Assembly (NCBI GenBank): GCA_044225365.1
Contig: JBGAIQ010000019.1
Location: 32,001-96,000, forward strand
Length of the DNA stretch: 64,000 bases
From: Planctomycetota bacterium
Lineage (GTDB): Bacteria; Planctomycetota; B15-G4; JADJEK01
Direction of reading: 5' to 3'
Shown: positions 9,712 to 17,279 of the stretch, piece by piece
Layout: each line of letters begins with the position of its first letter
Numbering within the stretch: position 1 is the first letter of the stretch
Notes under the pieces: generated by a model
Told to the model about the DNA's origin: nothing
The model's database searches: none
What the model saw: only the letters and a program-made list of their open reading frames with translations
Translations under genes and position numbers: made by a program

Positions 9712-10383
9712 GTGAGTGAAGCCGACGAATCGAAGAAGCCATCTCCATCGCTCGTACGCGCTCGCGGCGAGCCCTCGCTCGCAGAGTCCGCGCGCGAGTG
9801 GGATGCGTTCTTCACGAGCGGCAGGTATCGCGAGGAATGGCACCTCGATCAGGCGTCCCCCGAACTCATGTGCCTGCTCGCAGCGGGGATCGTCGTGCCG
9901 CCAGGGCGCGCGCTCGACCTGGGTTGTGGAGGTGGCACGGAGGCCGTGCATCTCGCGCAACAGGGTTTCACGGTGACGGCCCTCGACGTTTCGGGCGAGG
10001 CACTTGCGATGACTCGGCGGCTCGCGGCGCGGCGCGGCGTCAAGCTTGCAACGCTTCAGGCCTTCGTGCCGAGAACCGAGCTCCCCGACCAGTCCTTCGA
10101 CTTCATCAATGATCGCAGCTGCTTCCACGCCATCGAGCCGAGGCTCGAGGTGCTCACCGCCTACGCCGCGGAGATCCAGCGCATCCTGGTTCCGGGCGGC
10201 GTCCTGTTCATTCGCAGGTTCGGTCAGCCGCAGATCTCCCTCTCGACGTTCTCGTCCGTATTCTCAGAAGAAGCCGGATTCGATCTCGGGCGCGTTCAAG
10301 AGGTCCCCTTCCACGAACCTCATTTTCCCTCGCGAGTCGCCGTGATCCGGTGGCGGGGGAAGAGTGCGTCGCGAGCATCATGA
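9712..10383 (+). CDS. Class I SAM-dependent methyltransferase
   Basis: ALDLGCGGG motif I, VTALDVS, FDFINDRSCFH, LVPGG. Confidence 0.88.
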   Translation: MSEADESKKPSPSLVRARGEPSLAESAREWDAFFTSGRYREEWHLDQASPELMCLLAAGIVVPPGRALDLGCGGGTEAVHLAQQGFTVTALDVSGEALAMTRRLAARRGVKLATLQAFVPRTELPDQSFDFINDRSCFHAIEPRLEVLTAYAAEIQRILVPGGVLFIRRFGQPQISLSTFSSVFSEEAGFDLGRVQEVPFHEPHFPSRVAVIRWRGKSASRAS

Positions 10384-10396
10384 TGGAGGCAGTCGC

Positions 10397-11578
10397 ATGA
10401 GCATCGTCCTCGACCGTCGATCGTCGTCGCAGCCGCAATCGAACGATCCGCGAACCCTCCTTCCGCTCGAGGTGTTCTTCCAGAACATCCGCTACGTGAC
10501 GCTCAAGCTGACGAACGGCTGCAATCTGAAGTGCTCGTACTGCAACGTCGAGGCCGATTCGCCCACCACGCCGAAGATGAAGATCGAGACCTTCAAGAAG
10601 GTCGCGAAGCTCCTCATCGAGAACTCGAAGTTCCCGCAACTCGGACTCGAATTTCACGGCGGCGAGCCGATGCTCCTCCCCGATGCGTGGTACGAAGAAG
10701 CGGTCGGTTACGCGGGAGAACTCGCGAAGAAGCACGGCAAGTTCATTACGCATCCGCTGCAGACGAACGGCACGTTGCTCACGGAGGAACGCGCGAACAA
10801 GCTGATGTCGCTCGGAATCCAGATCGGCTTCTCGATCGACGGTCCGCCCGACATCAATGACAAGATGCGCGGCGCCGGCAAAGCCGTCGAGAAGGTGATT
10901 CGACGCATGAAGTCGCAGGGCCGCGGCTTCGGCTGCCTGCTCGTCCTGAACCGCTCGAACTGCAATCACATGTACCGGGTGATGGACTATTTCCGGGAGA
11001 TCGGGATCGAGAACTACCGGATCAACTTCCTGCAGCCGCAGGGTCGTGGCTTGACGCAGGATCTCCTGACGGCGGAGGAGATGTTCGCGGGTCTCAAGGG
11101 CATCTTCGATCACATGCTCGACACGAATTGCTCGGTGCTCGAGTCGACGACGCAGACGATGGTCCAGCGGTTCGCGATCGGTCGCAATCCGCAGCCGGCG
11201 CTCTCCTGCTGGGAATTCCAGTGTCAGGCCGGCCGCGTCTATTGCGCAATGAACGATCGCGGCGAACTCCACGCCTGCGGCACGGACATGCAGCACCATC
11301 GACTCGGTGACATCGACACGCCACTGAACCGCCCGCACGTGGAGGCGGTGCTGAAGAAGCTTCACCACAAGGACGAGTGGTACGTGCGCTGCTTCGACTG
11401 CAAGGCGCGGCGCATCTGTTCGATGTCGTGCCCGACGAGCGACCACAACGATCTCTTGTATCGCGAACGCGAGTGCGCGTACACCAAGATGATCTACCGC
11501 TACTACGCGGAGAACGAAGACAAGGTGCTGCAGCTCCATGCCCGGCTGCAGCAACTCCGCCCGAATGGGGCGATGTAA
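10397..11578 (+). CDS. Radical SAM/SPASM-domain peptide maturase
   Basis: CNLKCSYC (CX3CX2C), FHGGEP, QTNG and SIDGP motifs. C-terminal Cys-rich SPASM region with CFDCKARRICSMSCP..EC (CX2CX5CX3C). GGAGG RBS. Confidence 0.92.
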   Translation: MSIVLDRRSSSQPQSNDPRTLLPLEVFFQNIRYVTLKLTNGCNLKCSYCNVEADSPTTPKMKIETFKKVAKLLIENSKFPQLGLEFHGGEPMLLPDAWYEEAVGYAGELAKKHGKFITHPLQTNGTLLTEERANKLMSLGIQIGFSIDGPPDINDKMRGAGKAVEKVIRRMKSQGRGFGCLLVLNRSNCNHMYRVMDYFREIGIENYRINFLQPQGRGLTQDLLTAEEMFAGLKGIFDHMLDTNCSVLESTTQTMVQRFAIGRNPQPALSCWEFQCQAGRVYCAMNDRGELHACGTDMQHHRLGDIDTPLNRPHVEAVLKKLHHKDEWYVRCFDCKARRICSMSCPTSDHNDLLYRERECAYTKMIYRYYAENEDKVLQLHARLQQLRPNGAM

Positions 11579-11641
11579 GCGCGGAATTCCGCGCCTACGA
11601 TGCGAGGGCAGAGGTACTACGTCCCAAAAAGGAGTTTGAAC

Positions 11642-12088
11642 ATGGCTATCGTCCGCAGTGAGGACGGCCGTTTCTTCGACGTCGACGACACGGAACTCGA
11701 CAAGCATGAGATCAAGCCGGAAGACCTCCCGACCGGATCGGTCTACGCCCGCCCGCAAGGTGGGCCCGGGATGGGCGGTCCCGGCGCCGGTGGACCCGGG
11801 ATGGGCGGCCCGCGCGGCGGCGGCGGTGGTCCGGTGCAACTCGTCATCAATCTCGGCGGCGGCGGTGGAATGGGCGGCGGTGCGCCGCAGATGGGCTCCG
11901 GCCCGCAGGCGTCGGGTCCGGTTCAGCGCGGTCAGGGCGGGCAACAGGCCGGCGCGCGCGGTGATGTCCAGGCTCACAATTGGTGCGGCATGCCGTGGCC
12001 GTGGGGCAACTGGCACAACTGGCACAATTGGAACAACTGGAACAACTGGATGAACTGCTGGAACAACTGCTGGCACAACTGCAGCTGA
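11642..12088 (+). CDS. Putative RiPP precursor peptide (148 aa): acidic leader, Gly/Pro/Met-rich spacer, (WxN)8/Cys core
   Basis: AAGGAG RBS. C-terminus is DVQAH-NWCGMPWPWGNWHNWHNWNNWNNWMNCWNNCWHNCS. Located between the rSAM/SPASM and DUF692 genes. Confidence 0.85.
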   Translation: MAIVRSEDGRFFDVDDTELDKHEIKPEDLPTGSVYARPQGGPGMGGPGAGGPGMGGPRGGGGGPVQLVINLGGGGGMGGGAPQMGSGPQASGPVQRGQGGQQAGARGDVQAHNWCGMPWPWGNWHNWHNWNNWNNWMNCWNNCWHNCS

Positions 12089-12185
12089 GATCCAGCGCGG
12101 GGTGCGCCCGGTCGAGCGACCGCGCGCACCCCGCTCACCTCGAATCCCTCGTCCGTCCAAATCGCCCGGCGCCGAAGAGGTCCTC

Positions 12186-12575
12186 ATGACTCGGGTCTAC
12201 TCTCTCGATGGTCGCGTCTTCGAACTCGACGAATCGATGCTCGCCAAGTCGCAGATGGCGGCCGAAAAGGTGAGTCGCCTGATCGACAAGGACACGTTGC
12301 CCGAGCCGCCGCCGGTCGGCGACTTCCCGCAACAGGGCATTCCGCCGCACATCCAGCAGATGCTCGCGCAAGGGGTCGAACTGCCGATCCCCGAGGAAGC
12401 GCGTCACCTGGTGCGTGCGCGCAGCTTCATGGACGGAACGATCGTCATCGACATCGACGTTCGAGCGCTTCCCGGTTCGTCGGCGTGCGGGGGTCCCGCC
12501 TGTGGGCCCGCTCCGCGCGATCCCGCGGGGCAAACGCGGCCGGGCGAATGCGACTCCGGGGCCCGTCCGGCATGA
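12186..12575 (+). CDS. Small protein with precursor-leader-like N-terminus (second precursor or partner protein)
   Basis: MTRVYSLDGRVFELDESMLAK aligns with the precursor's MAIVRSEDGRFFDVDDTELDK. GAGG RBS; stop overlaps the DUF692 start (ATGA). Confidence 0.7.
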   Translation: MTRVYSLDGRVFELDESMLAKSQMAAEKVSRLIDKDTLPEPPPVGDFPQQGIPPHIQQMLAQGVELPIPEEARHLVRARSFMDGTIVIDIDVRALPGSSACGGPACGPAPRDPAGQTRPGECDSGARPA

Positions 12576-13711
12576 GGCCACGGCTTCCGGCGTACGGAGT
12601 GGGCATCGGCTACCGATACTGCATCCATCGCGAGATCTTGCGCTGCGCGCCGATGATCGATTTCCTCGAAGTCCCGTCGGAGGATTACGTCGAGGACGAT
12701 CGGCGAGCGCGATTCGATCCCGACGAATCCCTGCTGCGCGCCGCGGTCGAACGCTTCCCGTGCGTCGCGCACGGCACGGGTCTCTCGCTCGGCACTGCCG
12801 CGCCGCCGGATGAGAACTATCTGCAGCGGCTCGCGAACTTCGCCGAACGGACGCCGATCGGCGAGTATTCCGAGCACCTGTCGTTCATCCGCGGGATCGA
12901 TCACGAGGTCGATGCGTTCATGGCGCTCCCGTTCACCGACCTCGGCGTCGCGATCGCCGCCGAGAACGTGATGCGTTCCGCTCGAGCTCTCGGCGTCCCC
13001 TTCCTCGTCGAGAACGTGAGCTACTACTTCGCGCTGCCGGAGTCGACGTACAGTGAGGCCGAGTTCATCTCGCGGGTCGCGCAGGCTGCTGATTGCGGCA
13101 TCCTGCTGGATGTCGCGAACCTCCACATCAACGCCACGAATCACCATTACGACCCCGAGGCCTTCATCCGCGCCTTGCCGAAGGAGCGCGTGCTCCATTC
13201 GCATTTCTGCGGCGCGAGCCGAGGTCCGGATCGGTTCCTCTACGACACGCACTTCGAAGTGACGATGCCCGCCGTCTGGCGCATCCTCGATACGGCGTTG
13301 CGGGAGACGGCGCTGCGTGCGCTCGTGTTCGAACGCGATCAGCGGTTCGTTCCGTTCCAGGAGCCGATGGAAGAGATCTTCCAGGCGCGCGAGTTGTTCC
13401 GCCGGCATCGCAAGACCAAGCCATTGCTGCCCGTCACGACGCACTCGCCGGCTCCCGCGGGTGGCGACGATGCGGTCTACTCTCGGGAGTTGCGAAAGCT
13501 CCAGGACGTGCTGTGCCGGTTGTTGACCGACGAGGATCTCGGGCGCGCGGTCGAGCGCGAGGGTGAAACCGCGCTCGTCCACACCGGGATCGACCGCGAT
13601 TCGCGGCGCATCCTCGCCGCGATTCCGGGCGTCGCGCGCGAGCGCATCGGCCGGCGGCTGCGCGAGCGGCTGCGAAAGGGTGGGCGCTCCAACGTGGAAT
13701 CGTTGCCATGA
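12572..13711 (+). CDS. DUF692 / multinuclear non-heme iron-dependent oxidative enzyme (MNIO) with C-terminal helical extension
   Basis: GVGIGYR, HGTGLSLG, YSEHLSF, LVENVS, LLDVANL..N, HSHFCG, YDTH and VFERD motifs of DUF692, plus an extra C-terminal region of about 90 aa. Confidence 0.88.
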   Translation: MRPRLPAYGVGIGYRYCIHREILRCAPMIDFLEVPSEDYVEDDRRARFDPDESLLRAAVERFPCVAHGTGLSLGTAAPPDENYLQRLANFAERTPIGEYSEHLSFIRGIDHEVDAFMALPFTDLGVAIAAENVMRSARALGVPFLVENVSYYFALPESTYSEAEFISRVAQAADCGILLDVANLHINATNHHYDPEAFIRALPKERVLHSHFCGASRGPDRFLYDTHFEVTMPAVWRILDTALRETALRALVFERDQRFVPFQEPMEEIFQARELFRRHRKTKPLLPVTTHSPAPAGGDDAVYSRELRKLQDVLCRLLTDEDLGRAVEREGETALVHTGIDRDSRRILAAIPGVARERIGRRLRERLRKGGRSNVESLP

Positions 13712-15600
13712 CCGAATCGAGAGATCCGGGGCCGCCGCCGGGCATGAAGGACGCGGGACCTCCGAAGGGAGTTGCGGATAGTGGTCCGCCGCCGGGGATG
13801 AAGGACGAACCCCCGGCCGATGGCGGTCCACCGCCCGGGATGATCGACGCCCCGCCGAAGCTGGATCGGGAGACGATCGCGTTCTTCGTACCCTACGTGC
13901 GAAAGCAGCGCGGACGTCTCCTCGCGATCCTCGGCATGCTCCTGTTCTCCGCGCTGATGCCGGTCGCGATGAGCTTCCTGCCGACGAAGCTCGCTCAGAA
14001 TTGGCATCCGGGCGGCGAACACGAAGTCATGAAGTGGCTCGTGGCATTCCTGGCGCTCTCGGTCGTCGCGCTCACGCTCGCGCCCGTCCAGGGTTATCTG
14101 ACGGCGCGCGTCGCGCAGGACCTCGCGTGTGATCTGAAGGGCGCGATCTTCCGCAAGGTCGGCGCGATGTCGAAGACCGCGATGGCGTTCCGGTCGGTCG
14201 GATCGCTCGCGCATCGCAGCTCCGGCGATGTCGCTCATCTCCAGGAGTTCCTCGCCCGCTTCGTGCCCGATGCCGTCGCGAACGTGATCCAGCTCGTGTT
14301 CGTCGTCCTCGCGATGCTCTGGCTGCAGCCGGTCATCGCGATCGTCGGGCTCGTCCTCGTTCCGACGATCTGGTTCATCATGGACCGCTTCAACGCGAAG
14401 GTTCGACTGCTCGCACGCAGTTCGCAGAAACAGAGCGAGTCGTCGCTCACGCGGCTGATCGAGGGCGTCGCGGGGTACATCGATCTCGTCGCCGCCGGAC
14501 GCTTCCCCAAGGCCGCGGACGAATACGTGAGCGTGCTCGACGATCTGCGGCGCACGGCGATCAAGATGACGCTGACGAGTTCGATCGCCGCGCTCATTCC
14601 GAGCATCGCGTTCATGGCGATCACGAACGGCTACTACTTCGTCGCCGCGGCCGACGAGAAAATGCTCGCCGCGACGACGGTCGGATTCGGCCAGGTGATG
14701 ACCTTCGTTTCGCTGATCAACGTCGTGCGCATGCCGATCATGACGCTCGCTCGGTTCTTCACCGAGACCGCGATCGCCGCTCCGAGCTTCCACGAAGTGA
14801 AGAAGCTCCTCGAGTCGCCCGAGGTGTCCGCGCCGACGCACGGCGTGAAGATCGACGGCAGCGCGATCGAGTTCAAGGGCGTGGTATTCAGTTACGGCCC
14901 AGGCTTCCCGCCCGTGCTCGATGGCGTCTCGTTCCGGATTCCCGAAGGGAGCTTCACAGCGATCGTCGGCGAGACCGGGTCCGGCAAGACGACGCTCTTC
15001 CACATGCTGCTGCGGCTCCTCGAGCCGACGAGCGGAGAGATCCGCCTCGGCAACTCGACGCTCGGCGCGATCGCCCTCGAGGATTTGCGGTCGTACGTCG
15101 GATTCATTCCGCAGTCGCCTTTCCTGTTCGATGCGACGATTCGTGAGAACGTCGCGATCGCGCTCGCCGAGAACGAAGTCGATCAGGAGCGATTGCTGCG
15201 GGCCGTGAAGCTCGCGCGGCTGGAGCCCGTCGTCGAGAAGCGCAAATCCCAGGGCGGACTCGATGCCAAGGTCGGCGCCGCCGGCGCGAGTCTCTCGGGC
15301 GGAGAACGGCAGCGCGTCGCGCTCGCGCGCGTCTTCCTGCGCGATCCCAAGATCATCGTCTGCGACGAATACACGGCGAACATCGACAACGCGACGGCGC
15401 GGATCATCCAGGAGTCGATCGCACGCGAATTCGCCGGGCGCACGCGCGTCGTCATCACGCATCAGCTCTACACGATCCGCGGGGCGGATCAGATCCTGGT
15501 GCTCGACCGCGGGCGAATCGTCGATCGGGGCACGCACGAGGAACTCGTCGCGCGCGGCGGGCTGTATCGTGAGATGTGGGAAGTCCAGCGGCTCGCGTGA
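13708..15600 (+). CDS. ABC exporter, fused permease/ATPase (no C39 peptidase domain)
   Basis: TM domain, Walker A GETGSGKT, LSGGERQR signature, Walker B IIVCDE, H-loop ITHQ. ATGA overlap with the MNIO gene. Confidence 0.92.
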   Translation: MTESRDPGPPPGMKDAGPPKGVADSGPPPGMKDEPPADGGPPPGMIDAPPKLDRETIAFFVPYVRKQRGRLLAILGMLLFSALMPVAMSFLPTKLAQNWHPGGEHEVMKWLVAFLALSVVALTLAPVQGYLTARVAQDLACDLKGAIFRKVGAMSKTAMAFRSVGSLAHRSSGDVAHLQEFLARFVPDAVANVIQLVFVVLAMLWLQPVIAIVGLVLVPTIWFIMDRFNAKVRLLARSSQKQSESSLTRLIEGVAGYIDLVAAGRFPKAADEYVSVLDDLRRTAIKMTLTSSIAALIPSIAFMAITNGYYFVAAADEKMLAATTVGFGQVMTFVSLINVVRMPIMTLARFFTETAIAAPSFHEVKKLLESPEVSAPTHGVKIDGSAIEFKGVVFSYGPGFPPVLDGVSFRIPEGSFTAIVGETGSGKTTLFHMLLRLLEPTSGEIRLGNSTLGAIALEDLRSYVGFIPQSPFLFDATIRENVAIALAENEVDQERLLRAVKLARLEPVVEKRKSQGGLDAKVGAAGASLSGGERQRVALARVFLRDPKIIVCDEYTANIDNATARIIQESIAREFAGRTRVVITHQLYTIRGADQILVLDRGRIVDRGTHEELVARGGLYREMWEVQRLA

Positions 15601-15648
15601 GCCGTCGTCGGATACTCCCCGCTTCGCTCTCGTTCCCGGAATCCTCCC

Positions 15649-16698
15649 GTGACCTCGCAATCGGTCCACGGCCGCGGCGCGGCCGACAATCCCGACAACC
15701 GATTCGTCCGCCTCACGGTCGAGCCCGATCCGGAGTGCAGCCAAGAAGAGCGGGCGATCGTCACCGAGTACTTCGTCGATGCCTCGAAGACGATCCTGTC
15801 GCGCAACGACAGCCCCGACATCGGATTCGAGTTCAGCGTCAACCCTTATCGGGGCTGCGAGCACGGATGCATCTACTGCTACGCGCGGCCGACGCACGAA
15901 TACCTCGGCCTCTCCGCGGGGCTCGAGTTCGAGAGCAAGATCTTCGTGAAGGAGAAGGCGCCCGAACTCCTGCGCGCGGAACTGATGAACGAGAGGTGGC
16001 GGCCGCAGGCGATCAACTTCTCGGGTGTGACCGATTGTTATCAACCGCTCGAGCGACGGCTGCGCCTCACGCGGCGCTGTCTCGAAGTGCTGATCGAGTT
16101 CAAGAACCCGGCGGCCGTCATCACCAAGAGCGCGCTGATCGAGCGCGACATCGACGTGCTGGCCGAACTCGCGGCGATCGGCGGAGCGCTCGTGGGCATC
16201 ACGATCACGACGCTCGATGAGTCGCTCGCTTCCAAGCTCGAGCCGCGCGCCGCTTCCCCGCGGCGGCGAATCGGCGCGATCGCAGCACTGGCAAACGCGG
16301 GCGTCCCGGTGCACGTGATGACGGCGCCGATCGTGCCCGGGCTCACCGATCACGAGATCCCGGCGATCCTGAAGGCCGCTGCAGAAGCCGGTGCGCGGTC
16401 AGCGGGATGGACTCTTCTGCGGCTCCCGCACGCCGTGAACCCGTTGTTCGAGGACTGGCTCACGCGGTACGCGCCGGGTCAGAAGGAGAAGGTGCTGCGA
16501 CGCATCGAGGACGCGCGCGGCGGCGAGCGGCACGACTCCAGATTCCATGTTCGGATGCGCGGTGAAGGACGCATCGCCGAGGAAGTTGCCGACATGTTCG
16601 CCTTCGCGCGCGACCGCGCGGGCCTCGCGCCGGATGCTCCGAAACTGTCCGCGACGCACTTTCGTCGACCTGGCCCGCAACAGGGCAAGCTCTTCTGA
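15649..16698 (+). CDS. PA0069/Rv2578c-family (SplB-like) radical SAM protein
   Basis: NPYRGCEHGCIYCYARPTH, TDCYQPLE, LEPRA, and C-terminal QGKLF. Confidence 0.9.
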   Translation: MTSQSVHGRGAADNPDNRFVRLTVEPDPECSQEERAIVTEYFVDASKTILSRNDSPDIGFEFSVNPYRGCEHGCIYCYARPTHEYLGLSAGLEFESKIFVKEKAPELLRAELMNERWRPQAINFSGVTDCYQPLERRLRLTRRCLEVLIEFKNPAAVITKSALIERDIDVLAELAAIGGALVGITITTLDESLASKLEPRAASPRRRIGAIAALANAGVPVHVMTAPIVPGLTDHEIPAILKAAAEAGARSAGWTLLRLPHAVNPLFEDWLTRYAPGQKEKVLRRIEDARGGERHDSRFHVRMRGEGRIAEEVADMFAFARDRAGLAPDAPKLSATHFRRPGPQQGKLF

Positions 16699-16777
16699 TG
16701 GACCGCCAAGCTCCAGCTTGGCTCCTCTCTTCTCTTCCGATGGACCGCCAAGCTCCAGCTTGGCTCCTCTCTTCTCT
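16697..16777. repeat. Two identical 39-bp REP-like units (GATGGACC-GCCAAGCTCCAGCTTGGC-TCCTCTCTTCTCT)
   Basis: Units at 16697-16735 and 16739-16777 with an internal palindrome; between convergent genes. Confidence 0.82.
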
Positions 16778-16801
16778 GAGAGCCCATCGCTCCCACGCTG
16801 C

Positions 16802-17176
16802 TCAGCCCGCCGCTGCCGCCCCCGCAGCCCCGGCGGCCCCGGCACCTGCCGCCGCCTGGTCGCTCGCCTCCTGAGCCGCGAGGATCGCGAGCAGTTCGCT
16901 CCGGTTCGACCCTATGGCGCTCGTGACGTACACGATCCCGCTTCCGAGTCCGGGAAGATCGTTCGTCCAGAGGATCGCGCCGTTCTCTGGGTCGAGCGCG
17001 AAGGCGCGGCCACCCGCCGCGCAGAACACGAGCCCGTCTTCGTAGAGGATCGAGACGACGCCGTAGCCGGTGCTCGGCAGGGAGGTCTGCCAGATGGTCC
17101 TACCGCTCGCCTTCTCGATTGCGGCCACATGACCGTAGGTGCCGAGGAAGAGGAGTTTGTGCGCAGCGATCGTCAT
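16802..17176 (-). CDS. Small PQQ-like beta-propeller repeat protein
   Basis: VAAIEKASGRTIWQT and FALDPENGAILWTN repeats. Confidence 0.75.
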   Translation of the reverse strand: MTIAAHKLLFLGTYGHVAAIEKASGRTIWQTSLPSTGYGVVSILYEDGLVFCAAGGRAFALDPENGAILWTNDLPGLGSGIVYVTSAIGSNRSELLAILAAQEASDQAAAGAGAAGAAGAAAAG

Positions 17177-17279
17177 TTCGCGCCCTCGTAGAGATCGACG
17201 GATCCTCTCCAGTGTACCGCCGATCGACTCCTTTCTATGCTGCGCGGCTTCGTCGCCACCTCCCGATCGGAACCCGAGC

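Noticed and set aside
12004-12082. AACTGG-based tandem repeat as a non-coding VNTR
   Set aside because: It is in frame within an ORF with a strong RBS, and synonymous variation (AAT/AAC) preserves the WxN pattern.
15621-15635. LexA box upstream of the SplB-like radical SAM gene
   Set aside because: Only one GTTC half-site is present; the N7-spaced partner does not match.
15649-16698. Second radical SAM gene directly after the RiPP ABC exporter, as part of the cluster
   Set aside because: Its motifs place it in the widespread PA0069/SplB-like DNA-repair-associated family and it has no SPASM domain. Adjacency is probably coincidental.
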